Of a stretch of DNA of 64,000 nt, positions 23,979 to 37,325 are shown piece by piece. The DNA lies in the NCBI GenBank assembly GCA_024704765.1, contig JAKMXF010000055.1, positions 194,353 to 258,352 of the forward strand, read 5' to 3'. Each line of letters opens with the position of its first letter. The stretch's first letter is position 1. The DNA is from Oopsacas minuta (taxonomy: Eukaryota; Animalia; Porifera). The position numbers and the translations under genes were made by a program. The notes beneath the pieces are model-generated. The model made no database searches. It saw nothing but the letters and a program-made list of their open reading frames with translations, and was not told the origin of the DNA.

Positions 23979-24145
23979 TAGAGAGTCTAGACATATAAAA
24001 ATAATCTTAAGAGAATACATACTTTGTGAGTTAGATAATGTGGTTGAAAAGTTTCTAGAGTGGTGATAGCGTCAAGGAGCTGGTTTTTGAAGGTCGTCTA
24101 CATATATATCCCCCACAGCCCTCCCTAACCTAACGTTTCGATTTA

Positions 24146-25345
24146 CCGAGCGTTCAATAAGTTCGAGTAAAAGTATGCTTACAGTACAGATAGATATAAA
24201 AATACTATTTCAAATGTTCGAAATACTCCCCATTAGCATCAATACACCTTTGACACCGTTCTAACCACATGTCAAATAGTCTTGAGTAGCGACTTTCTGG
24301 TATGAGGTCAATTGCATCCAAAAATGCTGCGCTCAGCTCTGTTTCCGAATCAAAACGTCTACCTTTTAGATGACGTTTTATAGTAGGAAACAACCGGAAG
24401 TCACAGGGGGCTAGATCTGGGCTATAGGGTGGATGATCGATCAATTCTAGCCCCGATTGTTTGATATAGTCCTTAGTTTTTCATGCAGTGTGAGCTGGAG
24501 CATTGTCATGGTGGAATTTTATTCCGCGAAGACCAGTCTTTGGACGCAACCTCTCGACAGCTTGGAACACTTGCGGAGGACAATTTTCAGTGTACCAAGT
24601 TGCAGTAACAGTGTGCTTCTTAGGAAGCATCACATATTTGAGCTCTGCTGCTTTGATTGAATGTCGTAATAATAGATCCATGTCTCGTCACCAGTTATGA
24701 CTTCTGACCAGCGTCGCGAATCTTTTTTGGAATAATTTAGCAGCATAAAACGACAAAATTCTAGTCGACGATTTTTTTGCTCAAAATTTAATAAATGGGG
24801 GACCAACTTAGAACAACCCTCTTTAGCCCAAGGTGTTGGAGTAAGATGGTTTCTATTGTCCCCGATGAGACCGAAACCTCGAAAGCTAACCGTCTGACAG
24901 TGATTTGCCTATCGTCAGTTACTAGCTTCGATACTTTGTCGATATTCTCCTCGGTGACCGCCGTAATTGGACGTCCTGAACGTGACTCATCGTCAAGAGA
25001 TGTGTGGCCTAAACGGAATTGACGATACCACTTGTAGATGTTGGATTGGGTTGGACTTTGATCTCCAAAGATAGAAAACATCTCACAACTGCAATCCGCA
25101 ATGTTTAATCCACGTTTGAAATTGTAGAAAATGATGGCACGGAAATCTCTCTTATTCAAATTTTCCATAATATTAAAATATTGAAAGTGAAGACTATAAA
25201 ATTGGCTACAAAAAGTCGAGTATAGTACTTATAATCCTGAAATTTGGTTAGGAAGTATGGATTCACTAGGTATGTATGTGGTTGCGTTAAATTAGCTCTA
25301 CTGTAAGTGCTTTGTATAGTTTACTCGAACTTATTGAACACTCGG
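24146..25345 (-). mobile_element. mariner (DD34D) transposon, inactive
   Basis: TIRs CCGAG(C/T)GTTCAATAAGTTCGAGTAAA with TA flanks. Disrupted transposase 24205-25168 with RSGRP, TGDETWIYYYD, HHDNAPAHTA* and HPPYSPDLAPCD (34 residues between D2 and D3, including an in-frame TGA). Confidence 0.92.
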
Positions 25346-26750
25346 TATTCAACGAATGATATGAAAGACAATAATTTGTGAATTTATAAGTTTCGTGTTA
25401 ATATCAACATGCAATAACGAAACTGCAACCAAATATTAACCAGCTTTGCAGAGAGGTAACAAGCACGTCCTCTTTGGAGTTACTTTGGAGATGAGGCATA
25501 GGTTTCACAAAACATTTGGGCTCCCGGAAATCTCCGTCAGCACAGACCAGGAATTTACCAGGAGTCCCAGACCTACCTTGAAGCTGGAATCAATGGATAT
25601 TACAGGATATTTTTATATACTTGTAGTATCTAACTTTCATAATACTCAAGCGGTAATGTATTTCAACATTCAAGTCAGGATTATAAGCTCTCCATGACTC
25701 AAAAAGTGTATTCAGTGTTAGTTCAAGGCTGGATTTTCCCGGTTCACCACACTGACTTATGGCGTCCGGGTGGTCAAAGAGCCAGGCAAAAATATACTAT
25801 ACACATGGGCTGCTATCCAATAATTATTGATGGTGCATCCAAGTCTAAAGTCTAAACAATAGACAAGATATCAGGGACATCGCCACGGGGGGGCATAGGG
25901 GGACAATGCCCCCCCTGGTAAACTCGTGCCCTGGGCATGCTACCGGAGCCCTTGGCTTAAATTGCAAACTGGAAATTTCGGCTCGCTTCGCTCGCATCTT
26001 GCCCTCAATATTATTTAATCTCACCCATAAATATAGGATATAGCTTGTATTGATCTACCGAACTAGGTAATATTTTGAGTGTTCATACCCTGAGCAAATG
26101 CAGTGTTTTCCCAAAGCCGTTTTGGCATATCGGGCCGGTATCCCTTCAGTTGTTAAAAAATATATAGGCACCCATTGCAATACTGGGCCACTATACTAGA
26201 GTATAGTCGGCAGTGTCAAAAGTAGAATTGACTATACAAGTTATAATATCAAGAATTATCGTACGATTTTCCGGTCGATGCCTCCATTGATATAATAATT
26301 ATTTATAACTTCTCGTTGTTTGTTTAAAGATTTCAATTTAATCCTAAAATATGACTTTAACATTGAGCTATGACTGGTGAAAATTCCTCCAGACGCATGA
26401 CACAAACCGATACGCCTTAACAAATTCCTGGGGAGAACCCTGAAATGTATCCATCTTATTCATATACGAGCAAAGCACAAATCCAATCGGAAAATAATCA
26501 AACCAAATGTGTATTACGCAGTTATGAGAAATTGTTTCAAGATTCAAACCTACGTGGACCCATATATCAAAGCGACACGACGCAACTGCCCGCTTGATGG
26601 TTCTACCCAACTAAAAATTTATTGATCCGCCACTGGGCATGCTCCTGCTAAATCCGTGAAATACCTTGCCCTTCGTCCTGCCCCTTGGTAATTTCTTTGC
26701 CCCCTAGGTGAAAAACCCTGGTAACGTCCATGCAAGATATTATACTAGTT

Positions 26751-26935
26751 CAGTGTTTCCCCAGGATGTTTGTAAAGCGGTCATTTTGGGGATTGAGTAG
26801 GGCCTTTGTTGCAAATCAAGGTCTTAAGCCATAGCATAGAGTCTCATTTAAACGCAGCTGGGTATTCTAAGCGAGTTGTTTAGCAGGAAATGCCGGGTTA
26901 AATGACGCGCTCAATGCGCTTTGGGGGAAACACTG
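26751..26935. mobile_element. hAT-type MITE (related copies at about 26101 and 62935-63134)
   Basis: CAGTGTTTCCCC...GGGGAAACACTG termini. 8-bp flanks TACTAGTT / TACTAGAT (7/8). Confidence 0.8.
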
Positions 26936-27183
26936 TACTAGATAGAGTATAAATTATTCCTGACAGTGCAGTTACTTGTAAAAGTAAATTATTCTACTTA
27001 GTAATCATATGTGTAATAATAAGCACATAACGAACATGCAATCTGCTTCACTTTTCATAGTTGCGTACTGTATATCCTTGTAGCTACTTCAAATCGGGAT
27101 TTCTAACGTGGGCCAGACCGTAAAGTTTGAACCCAAAATTTGGGTTATATTTATGGCAGACAATGGATATTCAATTTTGCATA

Positions 27184-29721
27184 TGTTACAGTCAATGTGT
27201 AAAATCAGTCAATTTACAAATTGACTGAAATTTCCAGTCAATTTGTAAATTGACTGATTCACTTAGGCAATTTACAAATTGACTAGAATTTTCAGCCAAT
27301 TTACAAATTGACTGAATCATTGGTCGGTTTTTTTGACAGATTGACTGAAAACATATTACGAATTTAATTAATTGATATCAATATCCATTAAAAGCATGTG
27401 ATTACAGCATACTGACTAAATAGTTCATATATCGTTCCCATTCAGATCTTGTTGGGGCAGGTTATGCTCGCGTGACACTTGCTATTACATTTAAGTCCAG
27501 CCTTGAAACATTTACATTTGTTTGATTTGCATTGTTTGCCACTTTGTGTACAGTTACACTTGGCAAACCCTTGTCCACCACACTTAGACCCTTGTTGAAC
27601 AGCTTGTCGTAGGCCTATTTCTTTGTCTGTGGTGAAATCGTTCACACTATGTAGCGGGTGGGGACACAAATCAAATTGATTTCGGCTGTAAGATCCTTTC
27701 AGGATTCCTGTACGGACTGCTATACGGTACATGTCATTTTCATTTCTTTCCAGAATTACACCCATTATGTTTCGAGGATCTCCTCTACCGCGATCCACTA
27801 AAGGGATTGGAATAATTACATTATCTCCAGGGTTTCCAGCGACCTGCTCTAGACGACTGCGTTTCAACATGCGTTCGGCCTGAGCTATCTGTCCTTCAGC
27901 TGCTCTCTTGCGGTTGAGTTGAATGTTGTCGTGCCGTATTTGGATAGCGGTTACCTGAGACGAAGGAGCAGATAAAGATGTTGAAGGAGTAGCTTCTGAG
28001 GGATCAGGTGACTTATCTTCTTGTGTAAGAAGATTTGGAGAAACTGTGGTCTGGCTACCTGGAGAGACTTGAGAGGGGTCAGATTGCTGATATGCAGCCA
28101 TTAGGTCATCTTCGGACACAAGGCGTTTTAGGATTTCATTAGGAAGGGATGCTGAACGTAGTCCAACTTGTGCATCACGTCCAAACAGGGCCTTGAATGG
28201 GGATTGTTTAATTCCGGAATGGTAACCCACTGTTCTTCTGAAACTGCACAAAACGAAGCACAGTTGGCCAATCTGTGGAGTCATTGTCACCTAACCAGGC
28301 AGTTAGTATGTCTTTGACGTCACAATTCAGTCTCTCAACTGATCCCTGGCTATCGGGATGGCGAGGTTTACCATGGACCATAAGTAGATCAGGCCAAATA
28401 ACCTTCAGTTCAGTGATGACTGATGCTGTAAATTCACTGCCGTTGTCACTCTGGAGAATTTGAGGGACGCCTAGTAACAAGAAAATGTCAACCAGTTGCC
28501 ACGCGACTTCAGCAGCACGTTTGGAAGTCAAAGGGCGTAATACACAATACTTTGTTAAGTGGTCTTGATAAACCATGATCCAGCTACATGAAACTTTACA
28601 CATAGACTGCATGTCAATGAGGTCAACCTGAGCACGGGAACCAAAGTCTTTGGACAGAATTGGCTTCACAACAACACCCTTAGTGGTGGAACGCTTACGT
28701 TTCTGTTGACATTGAACACAGAGAGATTTATAGAGCTCAATGGAGTCGCGAGTGATGTTTGCATATTTGTCCAAAGCTTTAGTCATCTTGTCTCGACCGC
28801 CGTGGCCGCATGCAACATGAGCGCGTTTAATGATGTCGAACATATCATCTATGTGAGTAAAGTAAATAATTTCTTGGGAGCCTTCACTTTGCTTTCGAAT
28901 CAACTTCTCAGCATCGCCACACTGAAGAATTTCGTACCTGTAAAATATATAAAATATGTCACTTAATCGATGCCAGCAACATAGTACACAACCGTAGTCC
29001 GCAATATTATAGGCATATTTTCCATGTACAGCCAAGGAATCCCAAAACAACGACGTACTAGGCTCTATACAATTAAAGAACTAATTATTGTATTATATAG
29101 AACATTTATTTGACCTGAATCCAAGTAATGCAGCCATGACTCAAGCTTAATTGTTGAACCAATAATTATTTGTTCACATACCTGCCAAGGATATAGTACT
29201 GCCTGTTGGACTTCTTTGCGGTGTCAGATGCAACTTTGACCTTTTCAAGCAACAAAAAATACTCGTGTTTGGTCATCAATAATGATTTGGCATCGGAGCT
29301 TTTTCGTTTCAACATCTCCTCACGGAAAGACTGTTCCTTAGTGTCCGACATCTTTTAGAGTTATGAGGGTGTTCACATTACCTTGCCTTTTATACTCCAG
29401 AATATTTCACGTCGATAGATGCTTCCCTTTGATATGTTGTTATTGAGGATACACTACTTTGAATCAGGTTTCTCTTATACATTTTCAATTCTTAAGTTGA
29501 GTAGACGTATATGTTTTGGAATAACAATAATTGCAAGATTTCCCATTTATTCACTACTCTATTGATTTGAAATTCGTAATATGTTTTCAGTCAATCTGTC
29601 AAAAAAACCGACCAATGATTCAGTCAATTTGTAAATTGCCTAAGTAATCAGACAATTTACAAATTAACTGGAAATTTCAGTCAATTTGTAAATTGACTGA
29701 TTTTACACATTGACTGTAACA
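27184..29721 (-). mobile_element. Ginger2/TDD-type DNA transposon, nearly intact
   Basis: TGTTACAG...CTGTAACA ends. TIRs 27184-27365 and 29570-29721 built of CAGTCAATTTACAAATTGACTG units. Flanks CATA/TATA. Confidence 0.88.
27442..29351 (-). pseudogene. Ginger2 integrase (KRBA2/SCAND3-like), two exons, one frameshift
   Basis: Exon 1 29182-29351; GT-AG intron 28938-29181 in frame (ILG-R-YEIL). H2C2 AHVACGHGG...CVQC; QVDLID / QSDNGSEF / QGSVERLN; frameshift near 28235; C-terminal Cys-rich CNC...CKC..C...C. Confidence 0.88.
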
Positions 29722-29989
29722 TATATACCATACATTCGAGTTATTATTATTATTTCTCAATAATAATATGTTGTCAAATCTATGTATAATCAGAAATCAG
29801 TCCATAATGACAACTATTAACTCCCATACTTTAACTAAATATCCCTCATTATCCATACAATATTATTAACGACCTATCTAAAGTAATGTAATTTCTAATA
29901 ACTACCATGTTCCTTATTATATTTTCTAACAGCTGACCTATTCTGTTTCAAAAGGTCAGTATGAGGCTCGAAAGAAAAGCAATCTTCAT

Positions 29990-31800
29990 TGATGTTAATC
30001 TTTAAGTCTAGCAATGAAACAATTGTTTTAATGTAAGTGGGTCCTCCTTCTGTATCTATATTCCGAATCATTGAAAAACCTCGTTCACTGTCAGCATTGC
30101 AAACTGGGAAGGCAAGGAGTGCTCTTACAAGGATAAGAAATTTTTCATAGAGGGGGGTAGTAGTTTATATGCATAAACACTATGCATCCCAGCCCAAAAA
30201 GGGTCAATACTCCCTCTTGTGCAAGGTCTGATTCATCTGACATCTGGAAATCAATCACTTCATTTCGAAGTTCTTCTAATCTCTCAGTGGATATAACTGT
30301 GACAGTTTGGCAAGGCGAATGACAGCATTTGGATAATCTTTATATGTAAGGCGTTCTGTTGGGTTTAGAATTCTCATGTCAACCAAAAATGTGGAATTAA
30401 ATGGGAACTTCTTGAAATTCGTAGATACAAATTTGATGTAAAACAATCGACACATCACGAAAGAATTTATCAACCTCGGGTTCCATACCCCCTCCCATAG
30501 ATTGTTCGCCAAATCTCGTGTGTCATTACCTACTTCCATATCCTCATATCAAGAGGATGTAAAAAGCTGGTTTACATCCTCTTGACATGGAGCCTGTGTC
30601 GGGTCAATTAAATGGATGATTTCTAAATTCACAAATTATCTGAGAACGCGTTTCGCTAGCTTTTACATTTCATGGTGAAGCAAATGAATGGTAGTGTACG
30701 CCGTAGCTTGGAAGGCAACATTAAAAGCATTAACGGTTGGAAGAATGAAGTTTAAAGATCAGTATATAGTTTTGTTTCCTCACACATTTGTATAGTTTGA
30801 ACCCGTCCACCCTTCTCAGCATCTGGATGACAGTTAAAATATGAAATAAGTGCAGGCAATAGTTGTAAAACAAGTTCAACTTCTCGGAATAAACTGTGCC
30901 ACCTTATCACAAAATGCAGTAGAATCCTTTTAGAAGTGATGTTTATAAAATCGCAAAATTCTTTGAATTTTTCTTTCCGTTTTAAGCACAGATAGAAATG
31001 AGTGTTAATATCAACCAAAATAGGATCAATGGTAATGTGTAAGGATTTTATGGCAGCCTTGTGAGTAAATTCTCCAGAAGACACAAATGCATCCCAAATC
31101 AAACATGTGAGATTTTTTGTTAAGCGTCTCACCAAACCTTTTCGCTATCCTTTCATAGTATTACATGTGTCGATTTTGAAACTGACTAGATGGTCATACC
31201 TTAAGCCATTAGATACTATGTATACTTTCATCAATTTTCGCAAATATTGCAGCAGCAGTTCCATTTTTCGATATTGGCAGATCGAAGAACCTAGTTACCG
31301 CCTTCATAATACTAATGTCAAAGAATCTTAGAAAGCATAACTAAATGTTTTACTTCGACTCCTCGGTTAATTGATTTGAGCTCCAAAAAAGGTTATCATG
31401 GCAGAACTTTCTGTTGCCAAAGCGGTTAAAACTGATGTTTTTGCTCGAGCGCACTGGAATTCTTTCGCAATCTCTGAATCTGGAACCTTTTTTTCACAAG
31501 CTTGGTGAAATGGTTTCCGATGAGGAATGACAAGTTGTGTTCTGCTACAAACTGTACGAACATTACTGTTGCCAAAACCCAAACTAGCTAAAGTGTTTGT
31601 AGATGAAATTAAGGAAATAGCTTGAGAATGATTTTGACTTGTAAAATGCTTTAAAACATCATTCGCAGCACCATGGCGGATAGAAAATGTTAGACTATAT
31701 GGTACACATTTTGCATTACTACCTTCAATTTCGGCTAAAACTTCACCTGAAAAAGTCTTCAACGTTTCTCCTTGATTCAGTGGGAACCTTTGATTCTAAT
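29990..31800 (-). pseudogene. hAT transposase remnant
   Basis: Fragments: VLKHFTSQNH (zinc-finger-like), VPDSEIAKEFQCARAKT, ILLHFVIRWHSL and C-terminal PVCNADSERGFS dimerisation motif. Many stops and frameshifts. A CAGGGCCTGG hAT-like terminus lies at 32519 (-). Confidence 0.75.
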
Positions 31801-32911
31801 TTTTAAATTGACAGTAAACTTGTTCTTCCTACTATTTTTGGCACTGGATCATCCATAAACCGAATAGATGCCATAACAAGTGAGAATGAGAAATAGAACA
31901 GTTTATGCAATAATGAGATGGTGAAGTGTAAAATATAACAATAGCAAATCCAAAAGTGTAGTGGTCTAAAACCCTATACGTGTTGTCTTAAAGTTGAGGG
32001 AAATATTGAATTCACAATGTAGAATATCGAGTTAAATAGGGAGAAAATAGGTCAAATCGGATTATATAGCTTCCAACGAGACTTGCGTCGGGAGTCGGAT
32101 CGGGATAGACAAACGAAAGCGGGAAGCATGGACAGTATGACTTAGTTGCAAATAGTCGGTTGTGAACTTTTAATGGCACTTATATCAGTAATATCCTCTT
32201 CAGTTTCTACTTCAAATTCTTACAGCGTAGTTTGCATTAAATTCAAACAACAAGTTTTAGAAGAAATTTTGTCCTTTTTCAGTATATTAGCAATGTTTCC
32301 AAATTAACTATTGTCGATCATGTTGCTGTCTAGATATCGTATATTTTCACTAATGTCCAATTGTAGGGAAAATATTACATATTTTAAGGCTAGGTTAGGT
32401 GATAATATACATAAATTTTCAGATATAGATTGACATTCGGGAGCCCGTGTAATTTCTGTTGTAATTTCAGTTTATAAAAGTTAGAATTAACCAGTTTAAC
32501 TGGTAATTACCAGGCCCTGCATACTATTGGATTGCGGTCTTCTAGTTTAATTCCGCATCTGGATTGACATTATTATAGCTCGAAAATTGAGAGGCGATAA
32601 ATTCACACCTTCGACGAAATTATGGCGTAATTATCACCTTTTGGATAAAAATCACATTATTAGCCACTGCTCAGCCTATATACATTATAGTAGCTTGAAA
32701 TTTGAATAAGATTGCAAACTAAAAGACCACGTGGCAGTTCAAGAATACAACAAAAGGCCATTACAGTGGAGTCTCCGAATAACGGTGAACCAAGTTCCAG
32801 GCGACGAATGTTTTAATCGTTTCAAATGATAAAATTATACCCTTCTGATAAATGATATCTTCAAAACTAGAAATTAAGCCTTACATTAAACCTATTCGGA
32901 TATGAATTATA

Positions 32912-32990
32912 ATGGACATTAATTAGTAGGAGAACATTTACAGGAACATGAAAGGATAAATACATGTTCTTTAACCCAAGTCGATATCGT
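32912..32990 (+). repeat. Degenerate duplicate of the 5' end of the sulfotransferase ORF
   Basis: ATGGACATTAATTAGTAGGAGAACATTTACAGGAACATGAAAGGATAAATACATG...CCAAGTCGATATC aligns to 33306-33388. Confidence 0.85.
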
Positions 32991-33305
32991 TTTGGGCTCA
33001 AAAGCGAAAAGGATGGCAGAACACTGCAATAGTGAGCTTTGAGGCAAACTCTTTAGCATAATTACTAGTTCATATCATTCAGTGAATAGTCCAGTGAATA
33101 TCTATTCACAAGAATGCTTCATTAATAAAGTATGCGTGATTCAATTGTTGAAAACGTATAAATACTAATGTTCAATGAGTGATTCTGAAATGGTTTCTAT
33201 AATAGAATATTCTTATCCACTTGCTCTGGTAATACTTCTCAGCATCGTATACATTATTAAAAAAATTTACAGAGAAAATCTCCTACTTCAAATACTGGAA
33301 TTATT

Positions 33306-34532
33306 TTGGACAGTAATTTAGTAAGAGAACATTCACAAGAACATGAAAGGATAAATACATATTCTCTACTCCTTCCAAGTCGATATCAAACTTCATTGGA
33401 TGGATACAAGTTGATGGTAAAATTGTGGAAAAAGGATAGAAACCTCCATAAGAAGGGTAGAGAATACTGTCACAAAGAAATTGAATCGAATCTGAACAAC
33501 ATGATAGGGATTTATCAACAGATTCGAGATTATCCAGCAATTAGTGAAATTGAAATAAAACACCCTGTTTTCATTGTATCATGGCTAAGAACTGGTTCTA
33601 CATTGCTGCACAACCTTGTTGCTGTTGATCCAAGGAACCATACTCCTTATCTTTGGGAATTGTTATACCCCTTACCACACACGTGTAGTGCGGACATTAA
33701 AGAAGATATAAAGGATAGAAAACTTTTAGCCCACAAAGAAATGGAAGAATTCTATAACAGTGGGTTTGAAGATTTCAGATGTATTCATGAGCTTCGTTCA
33801 GAATATCCAGACGAATGTTGTCACATATTTGAGAGATGTTTTGCTAGTAGACACACACCAATTATGGGACAATATATGCAAGAATATACTGATTGGTTCA
33901 TGAACCTTAGCTCCGAACAAATCGATAATATATATTCATTATACAAATCTGAGCTACAATATATAACTTTTTGCAAAAGAAAGTATAATGTTGGAAATCA
34001 CATAGCGCCAAAACAATGGTTCCTTAAAGATGAAACCCACATGTACTTCCTAGAAAATCTATTGAAAACATTCCCAGATGCAATAATTATTAATCTACAC
34101 AGGGATCCAATACAGGTACTTGGTTCAACTATATCTGGATTCTATATCATAATGAAGGTTTATTACCGGATTGAAGATATCGATGGAAAAGAGCTAGCAA
34201 GAAGATGTTTAGAGCAAATGTTAGTATGCAAACAACGATTACTTTACTTAAGGTCTCGTGTAAAAGAATTAACCGGAAGGGATGAATCTGAGGTATTTGT
34301 TGACATAAAATTTGATGAACTCTGTCGCAATCCGAAGAAGACAGTTATGGATTTATACGATAAGATTGGAAAAAGTTGTACTGATACACACCTATTAGAG
34401 ATGATCACATATCTCTTGGAAAATCCAAGATACAAACACGGAAAGAATTTATACAATATCACTGATTTTGGGTTACAGGTAGCAGAAGTTCGCAGCCAAT
34501 TCCTGGATTATATCGACAAATTTCTCTCATAA
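33306..34532 (+). CDS. Sulfotransferase family protein (Sulfotransfer_3, bacterial Stf-like); start codon uncertain
   Basis: PVFIVSWLRTGSTLLHNL (5'-PAPS loop), DECCHIF, WFLKDETH, FPDAIIINLHRDP (3'-PAPS), IKFDEL. 408-aa ORF opens with TTG; first in-frame ATG about 36 codons later. Confidence 0.85.
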   Translation: MDSNLVREHSQEHERINTYSLLLPSRYQTSLDGYKLMVKLWKKDRNLHKKGREYCHKEIESNLNNMIGIYQQIRDYPAISEIEIKHPVFIVSWLRTGSTLLHNLVAVDPRNHTPYLWELLYPLPHTCSADIKEDIKDRKLLAHKEMEEFYNSGFEDFRCIHELRSEYPDECCHIFERCFASRHTPIMGQYMQEYTDWFMNLSSEQIDNIYSLYKSELQYITFCKRKYNVGNHIAPKQWFLKDETHMYFLENLLKTFPDAIIINLHRDPIQVLGSTISGFYIIMKVYYRIEDIDGKELARRCLEQMLVCKQRLLYLRSRVKELTGRDESEVFVDIKFDELCRNPKKTVMDLYDKIGKSCTDTHLLEMITYLLENPRYKHGKNLYNITDFGLQVAEVRSQFLDYIDKFLS

Positions 34533-34679
34533 TTGCTTTTCTATTAGCAGCATATCTATGAACTTTGTCATTTATGCTCTCCAGCTAGCTTAGGTCACAA
34601 AAGTAATCCTCCTCAACTGCTCTACTAAGAATAAATAACTCTTGATATTATTGCATTTTCTGAGAATAATATTTCTATT

Positions 34680-35832
34680 CTATATATACCCTTCGTCCCT
34701 TCGCAACGCGATAAACTCGGCAATTTCCGCCACGAGGTAGAGTATATTAGTTACTGATGATTTTTTCTAATCTATTTTGTTAGGACGAGCACGCTTCGTA
34801 TGCTCCAGTTGTTGGCTTACAAACACTTCGTGTTTGTGTGTGTTTTGTGTGGAGCTCGGAACTTCATGACGCACAAATATTATTTTTTAATAAAAACAAA
34901 AAATTACATATAAGAAACTTGAAAGTCTGAAATTCGGTCTCTGCGTACTTTGTTTCCCAGTTTGGTCGTTGAGAGCTAGTCTCTACGTTGATCTTTCAGA
35001 TTTCAATTGTTTGTTTACTTTATCCTCTTGAATCAATAATAAATTTACATATGAGAAACTTTAAAATGCGAATTTCGGATTTCGAATTCTTTGTTACCCC
35101 ATTGTATAGTTGAGAGTAAGTCTCTACTATATTTTGAGATTTCAATTTGTATATTCATAAAAACAACATTTATTTACGAATGATTAATTAAAAAGTGGGA
35201 AATCGGATTAGCATATTCGCAATAGTAAGTTTATTGAATACGATTACTTGCTTAATAAACAGGATAAAATACTTGTCAACCATCTAGGGATTTGACGTAT
35301 GATCGAGGGGGGGATTACTAAATCTAAGGAAATATCGAATATTTATAGCTCCTTGTATCATAAAAGAGGGAAAATTTCATATTACAGTATACCCCGCTAA
35401 TCCGAACACCACTGTTCCGATTGCAAAATTGTTCAATTAGTGAAATGCATTGAAACAATACTATAGAATCTGGGAGGACATTTTCGAAAGTTGTACAAAC
35501 GATGGAATGGGGGCCAACATGCGTAATATAGTATTAGATATTGATCTGTAGTAGAATTGGATATAAATCGGCTATGTTTTACGTTTGAAACAATTTCCCA
35601 AAGATTGTATAAGCTCTAGGCCCTGTTCAGATCAGCGAGGGTCTACTGTATTTGCATACAAATTGAAATCCAGAGATTTGGAGAAAATTATCCAGGGAAA
35701 CCGTTACAAGAGGTTGGCTTATATGATACTACATCGTTTCTCTATATCTCGGAATTGAGAAATTAGAAATCAAAATAGCATACCATAAATCCTTTCCTTG
35801 ACAACCTACAAACAGACAAACAACAATCGAGA
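34680..35832 (+). repeat. Longer copy of the (ACAA)n-tract repeat family, interrupted by a pogo-like MITE
   Basis: Shares blocks with 3776-4030 in the same order. 34790-34900 also matches 48440-48530 in reverse. Confidence 0.55.
35385..35648. mobile_element. pogo-like MITE
   Basis: TA|CAGTATACCCCGCTAATCCGAAC...GTTCAGATCAGCGAGGGTCTACTG|TA. Confidence 0.7.
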
Positions 35833-36744
35833 TACAGTAGACCCTCTAATCCGAACTGAATATATCTTAGAAATCCAAATTTTCTGTAAATGAGGATATA
35901 TCCCACAATACTTAGAATTAGTTGGGTGAAGGAAACCTTTGCCGTGGGAGTAGAATTTCAATTCCCATACCTATTGCATACGAAAGGGGATCCCCATATC
36001 CACGGAACCCAGGTGAAGGAGGAGGAAGATCGTTTTCCAAATTGAAAGTTGTGAAATCTATCTAAGATCAAGAATTGGATAATACATACTTTCAGGTTTC
36101 AGCACTGTCGCTCCTATCTAATGAGTGCGATTTACATCACTCAATTGATTTAGAGACGTTATAAGTCAATTTGCGAAGAAAAAGAGCTGAAAAGTCACAC
36201 TATTGGCAGGATTCAACACCATTTCCAAACGCTATTAATAAATTCATATTTATGACTCATTCAATTTATTATCCAAGCATTTACAAGATACTTTAAATTT
36301 AAAAGTAAATTTACTATTAAATGGCTTAAGAAAAAGTGCCCAGGCCTACTAAGGCACTAACTCACTGTACCTTGAAAGTAATTGATTCTACTTCGCTTAC
36401 AAAATACAGCTTATAACGAAATGAATCCGATTTATCGAAGCAATTCGTTATTATGAGTATTTACCGTATACGTATAGTTGAAAAATGATAATAAGTGGAT
36501 AACTAACTAAAATTCAGAGTAACGAATGTCAATATTATCTTGAAAGTTCTGGAGCAAAGATGTTTGCTATCGCTAAGAAACACTCACTATTAAATTTCTC
36601 AAATTATATACACACTTCAAATATATCCAAACATGATATGATCCAACATATGCACACAATTAAACAACCTTGTATATATATGTAATGGATAAAAATAAAG
36701 TCTAGAAGATAGGGAGAAGGTAGATTACTTAAGCTAACAAAGTT

Positions 36745-37325
36745 TTATGTTAGAGCTTCGACAGAAGATTCGGGCGTATGGTAAACTTTATAGTCTTCGG
36801 TCTCAGATACCATAGGGTCTCTATTCCTTAAAGTTGTAATTCCTTCACTAGTTTTTCCTCTCTTTAGAATTCCACGGACTTCTTTATTCCGTAATACTAT
36901 CACAAGTAAGAACACCAAACCAATAAGACCGTTCAAAAAGATGAATATATATTGGAGTGCTATGTGTTGGATTGAAACGTTAAGTAGTAGGAAGAGCCAA
37001 GGGATACCCAAAACAGGAGTTAATACTAAAGCTGTGATTAGTGCATCTTTCATTATATCTGTCTGTTCATTGTTTTGGCTTGACTTTTTAGTATAGATGA
37101 TCTTCACAATAGCTATCACAAGGAACACTGCGTTGATAATTAATATAATAAGTATTGGAGCGATGAGTGCCCAAATAACTCCACCATCATTATTGAGAAA
37201 GCAATGTTTTGACTCATTTACATAGTATGAATGCGTAATGCTGATGGTTATAATCGGGATAATTATTGGAAACACCCAACCAAACACGATGAGATATGGA
37301 TAAATCTTCCTAGTAGACATCACAC
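36745..37325 (-). CDS. Adhesion/secretin-class 7TM receptor, last exon (TM4-TM7 and C-tail)
   Basis: YLIVFGWVFPIIIP, CFLNNDGGVIWALIAP, LTPVLGIPWLF, FIFLNGLIGLVFLL. Acceptor cattatag|GT, phase 1. Confidence 0.88.

Noticed and set aside
25446-26610. Short ORFs 25446-25697 (+) and 26368-26610 (-)
   Set aside because: No recognisable motifs or splice context; surrounded by MITE fragments.
27190-27320. Palindromic 22-bp repeats resembling a CRISPR array
   Set aside because: They are internal to Ginger2 TIRs and mirrored at 29600-29715.
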